A stretch of 64,000 nt of DNA from Microcoleus sp. Its GTDB lineage: Bacteria > Cyanobacteriota > Cyanobacteriia > Cyanobacteriales > Microcoleaceae. Location of the stretch: NCBI GenBank assembly GCA_052279835.1, contig CP181291.1, forward strand, positions 4,704,001-4,768,000. Reading direction: 5' to 3'. Under the pieces are notes generated by a model. It was not told the DNA's origin and made no database searches. It worked only from the letters and a program-made list of their open reading frames with translations. Made by a program: the position numbers and the translations under genes. This document shows positions 10,779 to 21,912 of the stretch, piece by piece (the first letter of the stretch is position 1; every line of letters starts with the position of its first letter).

Positions 10779-11882
10779 CTATGGATCGGCTTCAGGAAAA
10801 TTAGCTCGATTTCCGCCAATGGCTTCCGACAAATAATCTGCGGCTGCTTCCACAACTGCGATCGCATTTTCGTACACCATCCGCGTCGGTCCCAAAACCC
10901 CAACACTCCCCACAGGCAAAGATCCCCGCCGATAAGTGGAAGAAATCAGAGTACAACCGCGAATTGGTTCTAGGGAGTTTTCCGAGCCAATTCTGACTGT
11001 CACCCGTCTACCGGGGGTTTCCAAGTCGGGAGATTCAAAGATTAAGGGCCAAAGTAGTTCCTGTTCTTGTTCGAGGAGTTGAACGAGGGTTTGAACTTGC
11101 TGCAACTGGGAGAACTCCGGTAAACGTAATGCTTCTGCCAAACCGCCGATCAAAATCCGCGTGTATGTGGGAGTCTCGGCCCGACGGCTCAAGGCCGCGA
11201 GCATAGTTCCCATCAACTCAGCGTACAGTTCAAAGTCCTGGTTTAATTCGCTCCAGTCGATCGTACTGAGTTCCGAGAACGAGCGCCCGCGCAATTTAGA
11301 GTTCAAAAAATTGGATAAAATCTGTAATTCGCGATCGACTATTTCTACATCCAGCTTTTTACCTTCTGTGTCTTGAGGTAACTGCACCAACACTGACTGG
11401 GTTTCGTAGGCATCTGTCACCACTATCAGCATCACCTTTCCGGGTTCTAGCTGCACCAGTTGCAAGTGTCGCAAGCAAGCGATATTGGTTTGGGGTATGG
11501 TGATCAGGGCAATGTAACCGCTAATAGTCGCCAGAATTTGAGCGGCACCTCGAAGTACCGCCGAGCGACGACCATCAGACCAATTGAGCTGGTCGAGTAC
11601 CTGTTCCACCTTACCGGCGAGTTTATCTGAAGGCTGGATCAGTCGATCGACATAAAGTCTGTAGCCAGAGTCAGAGGGGACACGTCCTGCAGAAGTGTGA
11701 GGTTGATAGAGGAGTCCTGCTTTTTCGAGAGTTCCCATCGCATTGCGAATTGTAGCTGGGCTGACAGTGAGTTTGTACTCATCAACCAAAGCTTTTGAGC
11801 CAACGGGTTCGGCTGTAGCAATATAGTGGCGAACCGTTGCCCACAGGATGTGTTGTTGCCGATCGGTGAGGTTGACGCGCAC
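10779..11882 (-). CDS. hrcA: Heat-inducible transcription repressor HrcA
   Basis: [31 protein letters not shown]. Confidence 0.96.
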   Translation of the reverse strand: MRVNLTDRQQHILWATVRHYIATAEPVGSKALVDEYKLTVSPATIRNAMGTLEKAGLLYQPHTSAGRVPSDSGYRLYVDRLIQPSDKLAGKVEQVLDQLNWSDGRRSAVLRGAAQILATISGYIALITIPQTNIACLRHLQLVQLEPGKVMLIVVTDAYETQSVLVQLPQDTEGKKLDVEIVDRELQILSNFLNSKLRGRSFSELSTIDWSELNQDFELYAELMGTMLAALSRRAETPTYTRILIGGLAEALRLPEFSQLQQVQTLVQLLEQEQELLWPLIFESPDLETPGRRVTVRIGSENSLEPIRGCTLISSTYRRGSLPVGSVGVLGPTRMVYENAIAVVEAAADYLSEAIGGNRANFPEADP

Positions 11883-12018
11883 AGATATTTAAGCTGAATT
11901 TGAATTCAAACAATTTGCCACTATTCAGTTATAGCAGAAGAAACAAGTGAGTTGTGATTTGTGATTGGTTATTTGTGATTCCTTGGCGATCGTAGCAAGA
12001 CCCGATCCCCATTGCCCT

Positions 12019-12885
12019 TTAATCATGCTCGTGGAGGATTTGGGTCAGGTAATTAGCCACTGCATCCGGCTGTTCCAGCATTGCCAAATGACCACAATCT
12101 GGAATCTGAAGCACATTTTCGCCACAACCTTGGAACAGCCAGTGAAAGCTGGCCAAATGCAGTACGTATTTTGGTTCCATAATCTTGTCTTTAGTGCCGG
12201 CAATAAAATAAACAGGCTGTTTGAGTTGGGACACAATTTTTGGCAAGCGGTGAATTTCCGCCTCTGTCGTGGAATCCAGCAAAGCCCCGGTAGCCGCTTC
12301 TGGGCTAGCTGCCACAAAATCTATCAACCGCTGCCTTCCCCAGGAGCGACCGATGGAGTGGGCCACAGAATCACGGGCAAACACGAAATCTAGTAAGGGC
12401 AAGTAAGACAACCAGAGGGGGCGCAGTTTGACTAGCTGCTTGCCCACGGCTCGAAACCGCTCGAATTCTTCCTTAAGATAGATGCCACCACCGGCATTAA
12501 TGCAGAGGACACCTTTAACTCGATCGGACAATTGGCTAGCTCCCCACAGGGCGATGGTACCCCCCAGAGAATGTCCCACCAGCCAAGCACTGGAAATATT
12601 GAGTTTTTCTAATAAAATTTCCAAATCACGAGCATAAGCAGCAGGAGTGTAGGAGGAATTCCCAGGTTGGGAAATCCCGTGAGTGTCATCGTAGGCAATG
12701 GAATCGCCAAACCCGCGCAAATCGTAAGTTAGACATTGATAATTGTCTGCCAAACGTGCGATCGTCGCTTGCCAGTAGTGACGGCTCAACAGCCAGCCGT
12801 GGACAAAAACTAAAACGTGGGGAGTTGTTCTCGGTGCCGTCAAATCGTAGGCGTGCCGAACCCCTAGGATGTCAATGATTGCCAT
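12019..12885 (-). CDS. Alpha/beta fold hydrolase
   Basis: HGWL, YDLRGFGDS, GHSLGG, CGHLAMLEQP. Confidence 0.9.
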   Translation of the reverse strand: MAIIDILGVRHAYDLTAPRTTPHVLVFVHGWLLSRHYWQATIARLADNYQCLTYDLRGFGDSIAYDDTHGISQPGNSSYTPAAYARDLEILLEKLNISSAWLVGHSLGGTIALWGASQLSDRVKGVLCINAGGGIYLKEEFERFRAVGKQLVKLRPLWLSYLPLLDFVFARDSVAHSIGRSWGRQRLIDFVAASPEAATGALLDSTTEAEIHRLPKIVSQLKQPVYFIAGTKDKIMEPKYVLHLASFHWLFQGCGENVLQIPDCGHLAMLEQPDAVANYLTQILHEHD

Positions 12886-12949
12886 AGTCCTATCCTAATT
12901 CAAGAAGGGTTCGCAGACAGCGGATTTTTGGTCAACCACTGACACCTGT

Positions 12950-13675
12950 TTAAAATCGATCGCCGAGCAACCTTTGGCGCACCCCCTCAGCAATTTTCTG
13001 CCCCAAATACTCAGGAATTAAACTTTCATTGGGGCCCAACAAGTAGAGAATTAAGCGAGTCCGCCCCCGCCAAACCAGTAAATTAGCATTCACCACCAAC
13101 AAATCCTCTTGCCAAATGGCATACATAACTTTGTAAAAAAGTCCAGGCTGGTTGTCTGCTTCAATCAGCAAAGCTGGCAAATGGAACACTGGATCGACGT
13201 AGAATTCCGTTGCCACGTCCTCTAAACCCGCGTCTAGATTAAATTCCACCGCCAACATCTCTTCAACTTCAAAATGTCCTGCCAAGGCCTCTCTAACCGC
13301 CCTACAGACGTTTTCTGCGGTTTTATCTGCCAGTACCTTGCCTCCGCGAGATACTACCAATTTGATAAATACCAACATCGGCGGGTAAATTTGACCGTAT
13401 AGACTCAGACTGTGAATCGTTAGTCCATAGGCGGCCAGGACTCCAAAAATATCACTCAACAAAAAAGACTGGTTGCGATAAGCAAAATGCAGGGCACTTT
13501 TGTTACCTTCCGGTCTGACTTCGATGACTGCTTGTCTAGTTTTATACAGTTGATAAGCTAATTTGAGGTTTTGCAGTTGAATTTCACTGCTGACAAATTG
13601 CTCGTAAAACTGCGGAAACGCTCGGTTAAAGCGCTTGAGCAGTTCTAGTGTAGATGGTTTTAAACCCGAAGCCAT
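12950..13675 (-). CDS. Hypothetical protein with tandem ACT-like domains
   Basis: NQSFLLSDIFGVLAAYGLTIHS and EADNQPGLFYKVMYAIWQEDLLVVNA resemble ACT signatures. Confidence 0.6.
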   Translation of the reverse strand: MASGLKPSTLELLKRFNRAFPQFYEQFVSSEIQLQNLKLAYQLYKTRQAVIEVRPEGNKSALHFAYRNQSFLLSDIFGVLAAYGLTIHSLSLYGQIYPPMLVFIKLVVSRGGKVLADKTAENVCRAVREALAGHFEVEEMLAVEFNLDAGLEDVATEFYVDPVFHLPALLIEADNQPGLFYKVMYAIWQEDLLVVNANLLVWRGRTRLILYLLGPNESLIPEYLGQKIAEGVRQRLLGDRF

Positions 13676-13962
13676 AATTGAGGGGAAGGTGCGGGAGATA
13701 TACTAGGTTCCGATCGCCATGCACAGGAACGATGCGAAGAGGTTTAAAGTCTCCACGGATGAATTTGTACCCAACTTGATCAGCATCAGAATAGTGGAGA
13801 CTCAATGTGGGACGACAAATCCGTCTTTTCGGCGTAAGATGAGTGTACCGTAAACTGTTGCTGAAAAGATTACCCGCAATTCATCCCATCCCGATCGGAG
13901 TGGGTCTATCTTTCGGGCTCTCTGTAACGTCGTCCAACTTCTACTACCTTAACCGCGCCTGC

Positions 13963-14517
13963 ATGGGTTTTTGGAAAAACTTATTTAGTAGTTCTGAGTC
14001 TGCCTCTGTACCCCAAACAGCAGAATTTGAGGAAGATGTGACTGTTGGGTCTGGCGATCCGCTGTCCCCAACTTTTCGCAAGCCCAACTCCCTCGGCAAC
14101 GCTCGCATCTTTTTTAGTTGCGATCGGGATATTGACCTCTACGAACTCGAAGAACTTTGTAATGCAGTTGGTTGGTCCCGCCGTCCCCTGCGAAAAGTCA
14201 AAAAAGCTATTGTACACAGCTTCTTAGTCGTCTCTATGTGGGAGATCCGGGGCACCCAGCGACGGCTGGTAGGTTTCGCCAGAGCGACTTCAGACCATGC
14301 TTTTAATGCCACGCTATGGGATGTGGTAGTTCATCCTGATTACCAAGGTAAGGGTATGGGCAAGGCACTGATGAAATACATCATTAAAAAACTCCGTAGT
14401 GAAGACATCAGCAACATTACCTTATTTGCTGACCCTCAAGTTGTGGATTTTTACCGAAATTTGGGCTTTATGTCAGATCCAGAGGGGATTAAAGGTATGT
14501 TCTGGTATCCAGATTAG
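13963..14517 (+). CDS. GNAT N-acetyltransferase (Ycf52-like)
   Basis: [30 protein letters not shown]; likely start ATG at 13963. Confidence 0.88.
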   Translation: MGFWKNLFSSSESASVPQTAEFEEDVTVGSGDPLSPTFRKPNSLGNARIFFSCDRDIDLYELEELCNAVGWSRRPLRKVKKAIVHSFLVVSMWEIRGTQRRLVGFARATSDHAFNATLWDVVVHPDYQGKGMGKALMKYIIKKLRSEDISNITLFADPQVVDFYRNLGFMSDPEGIKGMFWYPD

Positions 14518-14670
14518 TCGATCGGTCTACGTCAGCGTTGATTTTTGGCAGCAAGGCCAGATTGACGCTGGCATCACCCTGGGAAGTACATTTCGAGCTC
14601 AAATGAAAAAATAGCTTGACAAGTTCCTGGTTTTATGTGTTAATGGTCATGGGGTGGATAACTACCACAC

Positions 14671-14744
14671 CGGGATGTAGCGCAGTTTGGTAGCGCGCCT
14701 GCTTTGGGAGCAGGATGTCGCAGGTTCAAATCCTGTCATCCCGA
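14671..14744 (+). tRNA. tRNA-Pro(TGG)
   Basis: CGGGATG acceptor stem, CCTGC-TTTGGGA-GCAGG anticodon arm, GGTTCAAATCC T-loop. Confidence 0.97.
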
Positions 14745-14994
14745 TTTAACTTAATCCTTGCAGACTGGATTTAAATCTTTTCCCGCTGCTCTTAAAGCAG
14801 GTGTGCGATCGGGGTTATATGCCCCATAGGTAGAATTTATTTATCTATATAAATACAATTCTGCGCCTAAAATGGCTTGCAGGGGCGGGTTTTACGAATA
14901 ATATTTGATGAATACAAACCATCTAAATCAACCCGCCCCTTACTGACTTTGGGTAACTACCGGATTTAAAATTAATCATCCGGCATCCGTTGCC

Positions 14995-16215
14995 TTAAGG
15001 TTCCACCCAGCGATCGTCCGATTTAATCAAGTTAATCAATTCTTCCACACCTCTGTCCTCCGGCACCTTCTTAATTTCTTCCCGGCCCCGGTACAGCGAA
15101 ATATAACCAGCCTGCTTCCCCACATAACCATAGTCAGCATCAGCCATTTCTCCGGGCCCATTGACAATACAGCCCATTACTGCTATGTCCAAACCCGTCA
15201 GATGCTGCGTCGCCGCCCTCACTTTGTGCAGCACTTCCTCTAAATTAAACAAAGTACGACCACAGGAAGGACAAGCCACATACTCAACCATCGTTTTCCG
15301 CAATCCCAAGGCTTGCAGAATGCTGTAGCAGACAGGAATTTCCTTTTCTGGGGCCTCTGTCAGGGAGACGCGGATGGTGTCGCCGATGCCATCAGCCAAT
15401 AGCGGTGCGATCCCCGCGGTGGACTTGATACGGCCATATTCCCCGTCGCCAGCTTCCGTGACACCCAAATGCAGCGGGTAATCCATGCCTAGTTCGTCCA
15501 TCCGGTGTGCCATCAAGCGGTAAGCCGCCACCATCACCGGAGCACGGGAGGCTTTCAGGGAAATGACGATGTTGCCAAAGTCCAGGGATTCGCAAATTTT
15601 GATGAATTCCAGGGCGGATTCTACCATGCCTTCTGGGGTGTCGCCGTAGGTGAACAGCATCCTTTCGGCGAGGGAACCGTGATTGACTCCGATTCGCAAA
15701 GCTTTGCCCTGATCTCGGAGAGATATCACTAGGGGTTCCAGGGTTTCCCTGATTTTTTCGCCAATTTCGGCGAATTCGGCATCGGTATATTCGGTTCTGT
15801 CAGCTTTCGGTTTCTCGAACACGTACAAACCCGGATTGATTCTTACTTTGTCTACGTGTTTGGCCACTTCTAGGGCGATTTTCATGCCATTGTGGTGGAC
15901 ATCGGCAACGAGGGGTACTGGTTGGTAGGTGGCGATCAGTTTTTGCTTGATTTCGGCTAAGGCTTTGGCGTGGGCCATGCTGGGCACGGTGACGCGGACG
16001 ATTTCGCAGCCAATCTCGTGCAATCGCCTAATTCCGGCTACTGAACCGTCGATGTCGAGGGTGTCTTCGTTAATCATCGATTGTACGACGACTGGGTTGC
16101 CGCCACCGATGGTGACGCTACCGACTTTGACTGGTCTGGTTTTGCGCCGTTTGATGGTGGTGTCGAAGGCTGGTTGAGGGTTGGGGGTTTTAGTTGGATT
16201 TGGTAGAGTTTGCAT
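14995..16215 (-). CDS. ispG: (E)-4-hydroxy-3-methylbut-2-enyl-diphosphate synthase
   Basis: [40 protein letters not shown]. Confidence 0.97.
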   Translation of the reverse strand: MQTLPNPTKTPNPQPAFDTTIKRRKTRPVKVGSVTIGGGNPVVVQSMINEDTLDIDGSVAGIRRLHEIGCEIVRVTVPSMAHAKALAEIKQKLIATYQPVPLVADVHHNGMKIALEVAKHVDKVRINPGLYVFEKPKADRTEYTDAEFAEIGEKIRETLEPLVISLRDQGKALRIGVNHGSLAERMLFTYGDTPEGMVESALEFIKICESLDFGNIVISLKASRAPVMVAAYRLMAHRMDELGMDYPLHLGVTEAGDGEYGRIKSTAGIAPLLADGIGDTIRVSLTEAPEKEIPVCYSILQALGLRKTMVEYVACPSCGRTLFNLEEVLHKVRAATQHLTGLDIAVMGCIVNGPGEMADADYGYVGKQAGYISLYRGREEIKKVPEDRGVEELINLIKSDDRWVEP

Positions 16216-16584
16216 AATTGATTGCTGGGTTCTGTTACCAAAAGTTTATAAAATTGTCTCTGCTGTTTTTTAGATTGCCACAGAAAGGGTCTGTTTGGAG
16301 ATTGAGGTTTGGGGATTTGGTTTTTTTTAATGGATGTGCGATCGAATTTATGGACTAGGCCCGATCGCACATATTCCGATCGTCTGCCTCGCAATTCTCG
16401 AAAATAGTTTAGAATCTAAAAATGATCTCCAAAACCAATTTGTGCGATCGCACCTGTTAGGATTTTGCAGCCACCATAAAATCTCAAATCGGTTGATTTT
16501 GCAGTTAGCATAAAATCTAACAATCCCCAATCCCCGATCGATCTATCTCACAATCCCAAATCCCCAATCTAAAATCGACAGTTT

Positions 16585-17505
16585 GTGCAACTAAAACAAG
16601 TAATTATTGCCCACAAAGCCAGAGATCCCTTCAGCCAGCGGTGGGCAGAACAATGTGCTCGACAGTTAGAAAGTCGCGGTTGTCATGTTTTGATGGGGCC
16701 TAGTGGCCCAAAAGATAACCCCTACCCGGTGTTTTTGGCTTCTAGTACCAGCCCGATTGATTTAGCTGTGGTGCTTGGTGGTGACGGCACTGCCCTGGCT
16801 GCGGCCCGAAATTTAGCTGCTGATGGTATCCCGATTTTGGCTGCCAATGTGGGGGGACACTTAGGTTTTTTAACTGAATCTTTTGACGATTTCCAAAATA
16901 CTGAAGAGATTTGGGACAGACTTACTGAAGATAGATACGCCGTACAGAAGCGGATGATGTTGCAGGCGGCGATTTTTCAGGGAAATAGAACTAATTTGGA
17001 ACCGGAAAGCGATCGCTTTTTGGCCCTCAATGAAATGTGCATCAAACCTGCTTGCGCCGATCGAATGCCCAGTTGTATTCTGGAAATGGAAATTGACGGC
17101 GAAGTAGTGGATCAATATCAGGGCGACGGCTTAATTGTCGCAACTCCCACCGGTTCGACTTGCTACACCGCATCTGCCAACGGCCCGATTATACACCCTG
17201 GCATGGACGCGATCGCCGTTACCCCCATTTGCCCTTTAAGTTTATCCAGCCGCCCCGTAGTTTTGCCACCCGGTTCTGTAGTCAGCATTTGGCCCTTAGC
17301 AGATTACGAACTGAGTACCAAACTCTGGACAGATGGCATTTTAGGTACTGCCATTTGGCCAGGACAGCGCGTAGACGTGCGGATGGCGGACTGCGAGGCT
17401 AAATTTATCATTTTGCGAGAAAACTATTCTTATTACGGCACTTTGAGAGAAAAACTTCAGTGGGCCGGAGCCCGCATTCGGTATAACAACAATCACCGCA
17501 ATTAA
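16585..17505 (+). CDS. NAD(+) kinase
   Basis: LGGDGT, GHLGFL, LNE, GDGLIVATPTGSTCY. Confidence 0.95.
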   Translation: MQLKQVIIAHKARDPFSQRWAEQCARQLESRGCHVLMGPSGPKDNPYPVFLASSTSPIDLAVVLGGDGTALAAARNLAADGIPILAANVGGHLGFLTESFDDFQNTEEIWDRLTEDRYAVQKRMMLQAAIFQGNRTNLEPESDRFLALNEMCIKPACADRMPSCILEMEIDGEVVDQYQGDGLIVATPTGSTCYTASANGPIIHPGMDAIAVTPICPLSLSSRPVVLPPGSVVSIWPLADYELSTKLWTDGILGTAIWPGQRVDVRMADCEAKFIILRENYSYYGTLREKLQWAGARIRYNNNHRN

Positions 17506-17532
17506 AAGGCAATTAAATCCTTAAAAGATACT

Positions 17533-17865
17533 ATGGAAGTCAAAACAGATACGGAGAGAGCCAGTTGTGTTGTAGAAAGAACTTTAGATGTCATTGGCGG
17601 ACGTTGGAAAGTATTAATCCTGCGCGAGCTATTTCAAGGTGTGAAGCGTTTTAATCAGTTGCAAAGGGCCTTAAAAGGCATTACTCAAAAAATGCTGACA
17701 CAACAACTGCGCGAGATGGAGTTACACGGGATTGTCCATCGTGAAATTTACTTGCAGGTTCCTCCTAAAGTCGAATATTCGGTAACACCTTTGGGAGAAA
17801 GCCTCAAACCTATCATCGACGCCATGCACGAATGGGGTGTGAAGTATCTCGATCTAACAAATTAA
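17533..17865 (+). CDS. HxlR-family winged-helix regulator
   Basis: IGGRWKVLIL, ITQKMLTQQLREME, VPPKVEYS. Confidence 0.92.
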   Translation: MEVKTDTERASCVVERTLDVIGGRWKVLILRELFQGVKRFNQLQRALKGITQKMLTQQLREMELHGIVHREIYLQVPPKVEYSVTPLGESLKPIIDAMHEWGVKYLDLTN

Positions 17866-18093
17866 TTTTGACAATAAATTAGCGATCGCCTTCTAGTTTA
17901 CCTGAAGCGCGATCGCTTTTTATAGCAGTTACCTTAACAGCCTTGGCAGTTGCTATATTTTATGTATTCAACAGGAATTACAGGGGGTCAAAAACCTGGT
18001 TTCTGCGTCAATCTCTCAAGCTGCAACAGCGACGATTTTTGCTCATAAACCGGTTTTTTGCATCCAAGACTGTTTAAAAAGCAATGGCGACTT

Positions 18094-21000
18094 TTAATTT
18101 ACCACTTCAAAAGTTACTGTTCTACTCAGCCACAAGGGTTGATTTTCCGCCACGCCTTCGGGACGACTTTTGCTAGAAGCAACTTGTATTCTGTCACTAT
18201 CTATTCCTTTATTCACTAAAGCTACTTTCACATTTTTCGCCCTTTCCAGTGCCAATCTTTGATTTTCGGCAGGATTGCTTTTAAAATCGCTATGTCCAAT
18301 TACTCTCAAATTCTTGCCTTTATTTTCTGCCATAAATGCCTTGATTTCTTTCATTTTTTGGGTGATGTCATTCGGCTGCAAAGTAGCAGCGCCCACACCA
18401 AAATAAATCCTAATTCCCATTGCCTTAGACAGTGGTTTAGTTCCTATTACCACTGTATTTGTGACCGACTTCACCCCCGGAATTTTCGCAAAAGCTTCAG
18501 TTATTTTCTGAGCATCTTTTGCCTGGAGTACGCTACCTTCTACGGTGACTTTCTCGGCCGCATAACGAGCCGAAATGTCAATGCTTTCTACTTTGTTCAA
18601 CAGAGCCACTGTCCGCTTGACATCCGCCTCCACTAACACTGGGTCTGGAGGTACTTCCACAGCTATAATTTTATTGTCTAAGGTTAATTGTGGCACAACT
18701 CTTTGAGCGATTTGTAAGGCTCTTGAACGCAATTTCTGATTCGGTACTCGTCCCGAAAGCTCTGCTACTTTACCTTTCACATCTGCGGTGAGTCGATAAA
18801 CTGATAATTCGGGAGCAGACTGTAAAGCTAAATTTGTCTCAGCTTCTAATCTGCGTTCAATTCCACTACGGTATTGATAAATCCCCCAAGGTACTATAAT
18901 TAAACCTAAAAGTCCAAATCCCACCATTAATAATGCTTTAGGTTGAGTGGATTTAGGTTTGACATTTGTATCAATTAATTTCCGCAACTCCGAATTGACT
19001 TCCACAGGGATACTGGCTGGATCTCCATTAAATGACTGGATTTTATTGCCGTATTCTTGAACAATCTTTTTGAAAATAGCTCGCATTTTGTACTTAAACC
19101 ATTGGCGTGTTTCTCCTTCCACCACTACCGCTAGATAACAGGAACCCGCTACTTCCAATAAAATCGTAGATGTCCCGTATTCTATGGCATCAATTTCTGC
19201 AATATTGCCAGACTGAGAGATACAGTCGTTAACAAAAGAACGAATCGCAGTCAACATCCCCGCCACCATTTCCGATTCTAGCTGCTCACTTTGTGACTGT
19301 TGCACTGCTGTAATTACTAACCCAGAGTCTTTTTGAATTAAAAATACTGCCTTAACACTTGATGGTGTTGTCTCTTTCATCAGCAATTCTGCTTCAGAAA
19401 TCCCTTGTAACTTAGCTTTAAATTTGCGGGTAATTCCCTCAAGGCTCACCGCTTTTTCGAGTTTTTCATTAATCTCCTGTATCGTCTCGGCCATGTACTT
19501 CAAAATCGTACTACCGATAATCGGGTAGAGTGCATCCGACATCGCTTCTGTATTAAGATTAATTTGTCTTCTCACAGCAGAGGCAATTTCCGGTGCGATC
19601 GCCTGTGCAATCTCATCTGGCGATTCATTGATGCGGTGGCTGATTCCCACAGGTATCGCTGGAGCTATTGCGATTCCCATAGATTGCCTATTTTCCCTGG
19701 TTTTGTTATTAATTACTTGATCGATTATGGGGGCAATTGTTTCAGTAAATGCTTCCTGGGATTCGTTAATTGTGTCTAGCATCATTTCCAGAAAAATGGC
19801 TTTAATTTTGGCAACTAATGCTTCCTCATTGCCACCCCATTGAGCATCATTGATTTTACGTTCCAGATTTTCTACTTTATCATTTAGTTGATAATTATAA
19901 TTAACAACTTCATCTAATAAAGGCAAAATTGATTCAATGACAGATTGTTCTAGTTGCTTGTGATGACCCACCATAAGTTCGTCAATTAAAGGCTTCAATA
20001 AATCTGTAAACAAGTCAGTAGATTCATAAATTCGGTGTTCGATCGCGACAATTTTTTGTTCTATTTTCCCCAGTCTTTCTTCAATTCTTTTATTTTGAAT
20101 AATGGCATCCACCGCAGGACCGATCGCACTTTCTATCTCTACTCTTGCTTCGCTGATTTTTTCCAACAGCATCTGAGATATCCGTGGCATAATCCTTGCC
20201 ATCAACCCTTCTAACTGGGCGACTGTTTCGTGCTGAACTTCGATAATTTGATGCTCATTTCTTAAGATTTTTGCTTCTATGCCACTGTTTTGAAAAGCTT
20301 CGTTGATGCCTGGTGCGATCGCCTCTCTCACCTCTAACTTTGTCTCATCTATCTTCCGATTCAGCGACTCAATCATTAACGGCATCAGCCTGGCCATTAT
20401 TTCTTCCGGTTGAGAATTCTGCTTTTTCTGAATCAGATTAACTTTATTTTCTACATTCAACAGTTGCCCTTTAATTACTTCTTGATGACTGTGGCTAGCC
20501 ATCAAAGGTTCGATGAGGGCTGCTAAATCTAATTTAGATTCCTCTATTTTACGGTTGAGTAACTCCGTGATGATTGGCATTACCCGCCCAATTATTTCTT
20601 CCGGCTGCTGAATTTGTGGTTGTTGATCTACGAGTCGCCCTTCGATGATATTTAATACTTTTTCTTCGATTTCAGCCCAAGCTATTCTCACCTGGGCTGA
20701 GGGTGTCACAGTCTGGATCAGCTCCGATTTTAACTCACTGATTTTCCGATTCAGCGACTCGTTAATTATGGGCAGTAGTTGTTTGACTAAATCTTCCGGC
20801 TGCTGCTGAAAACGCTGTTGAACGTGAGCAACTTGATGTTCAATATTTAATACTTTTTCTTCCAGGCCGTTTTGGTGGTTAATTACTTCCTTAACTGCCG
20901 GTGCAATTTTTGAATCTACCCCTAACTTCGACTCCTCTAGTTTGCGGTTGAGCAAATCGCTGATTATGGGAGTCAGCCCTTTGATTAACTGTTCGGAATT

Positions 21001-21696
21001 GGGGATTTTTTGCTGAGAGAGAATCGCGATTTGTTTTTGTAATTCTACTACTTTTGCTTCTATTTCACTCTGATTAATTCTGGGACTACCATCCGGTGCG
21101 ATCGCCTCTCGCAACTCAGACTTCAATTCCCTGACTTGCCCGCTCAGCAACTCAGGAATTAATGGTGTTAATAATTTTAGCAACTCGTCAGGATCGGAAA
21201 TCAGCCTTTCAAAGTTGGCCAACCTCTGTTCTACGCTCAAAACATTATCATAAAACTCTGGTAAATCCCGTTCAAATAGTAATTGCTGCAACCGCTTTAA
21301 CTTTTCTCTAGCCTCTTCTAAGGTTTCTTCCGAAGGCACTTCCTCGTTTTGGGGCTGGGATTTTCGCGAGCCTAACCGTTCTTTTTTTATGTTTTTATGA
21401 CTGGGATTTTCGGGTTCACTTGTCAAAACTTCGGGGATAATTGCTGGTGATTCTATCAAAAAAGACCATTGCTGATTGGGTTCATTTTTCTCCTCATTAT
21501 TATTGTTAGACATTTTTGTACACCTTAAATTAATTTCGTTAGATTCATTTTTTAATTTTAATAATTGCAACTCCGCCAGCATTTTCATTAATTCTTGAAG
21601 TTGCTCGCCCGCTTTACTACCTATCTGATTTGTAGCATCGGTGTCAGTGTTTTTTAATTGCTCCCTTTCCTCTGAATTCAGATTAAATTCTGTCAT
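18094..21696 (-). CDS. 1200-aa protein: N-terminal helical repeats, one TM helix, BON domains, C-terminal OmpA-like domain
   Basis: TM ALLMVGFGLLGLIIVPWGIY; AELSGRVP and KVTVEGSV (BON); IGHSD...NQRLALERAKNVK...SRTVTF (OmpA_C). Confidence 0.8.
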   Translation of the reverse strand: MTEFNLNSEEREQLKNTDTDATNQIGSKAGEQLQELMKMLAELQLLKLKNESNEINLRCTKMSNNNNEEKNEPNQQWSFLIESPAIIPEVLTSEPENPSHKNIKKERLGSRKSQPQNEEVPSEETLEEAREKLKRLQQLLFERDLPEFYDNVLSVEQRLANFERLISDPDELLKLLTPLIPELLSGQVRELKSELREAIAPDGSPRINQSEIEAKVVELQKQIAILSQQKIPNSEQLIKGLTPIISDLLNRKLEESKLGVDSKIAPAVKEVINHQNGLEEKVLNIEHQVAHVQQRFQQQPEDLVKQLLPIINESLNRKISELKSELIQTVTPSAQVRIAWAEIEEKVLNIIEGRLVDQQPQIQQPEEIIGRVMPIITELLNRKIEESKLDLAALIEPLMASHSHQEVIKGQLLNVENKVNLIQKKQNSQPEEIMARLMPLMIESLNRKIDETKLEVREAIAPGINEAFQNSGIEAKILRNEHQIIEVQHETVAQLEGLMARIMPRISQMLLEKISEARVEIESAIGPAVDAIIQNKRIEERLGKIEQKIVAIEHRIYESTDLFTDLLKPLIDELMVGHHKQLEQSVIESILPLLDEVVNYNYQLNDKVENLERKINDAQWGGNEEALVAKIKAIFLEMMLDTINESQEAFTETIAPIIDQVINNKTRENRQSMGIAIAPAIPVGISHRINESPDEIAQAIAPEIASAVRRQINLNTEAMSDALYPIIGSTILKYMAETIQEINEKLEKAVSLEGITRKFKAKLQGISEAELLMKETTPSSVKAVFLIQKDSGLVITAVQQSQSEQLESEMVAGMLTAIRSFVNDCISQSGNIAEIDAIEYGTSTILLEVAGSCYLAVVVEGETRQWFKYKMRAIFKKIVQEYGNKIQSFNGDPASIPVEVNSELRKLIDTNVKPKSTQPKALLMVGFGLLGLIIVPWGIYQYRSGIERRLEAETNLALQSAPELSVYRLTADVKGKVAELSGRVPNQKLRSRALQIAQRVVPQLTLDNKIIAVEVPPDPVLVEADVKRTVALLNKVESIDISARYAAEKVTVEGSVLQAKDAQKITEAFAKIPGVKSVTNTVVIGTKPLSKAMGIRIYFGVGAATLQPNDITQKMKEIKAFMAENKGKNLRVIGHSDFKSNPAENQRLALERAKNVKVALVNKGIDSDRIQVASSKSRPEGVAENQPLWLSRTVTFEVVN

Positions 21697-21912
21697 AATT
21701 TTCTACCATGATTTGACTTTGACTAATGAAAGGAAATCACCCGTTGGCAACCCCATATAAGGGAAAATCAATAGCAAATTTCAACAGAATCAAGATAACT
21801 GAATATGTCAATAACTACCCTACCTATACTTGATTAACCTTAGTTAATTAACTTGATCTTTTTAGATACTCACCGGGTTCTCTCTCTAGTGGGAGAGAGA
21901 GGGCGATCGGTT

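Noticed and set aside
10400..12000. CIRCE element near hrcA
   Set aside because: No TTAGCACTC-N9-GAGTGCTAA seen
13700..13960. Possible structured RNA in the GNAT leader
   Set aside because: Only short hairpins; no family recognisable without a covariance search
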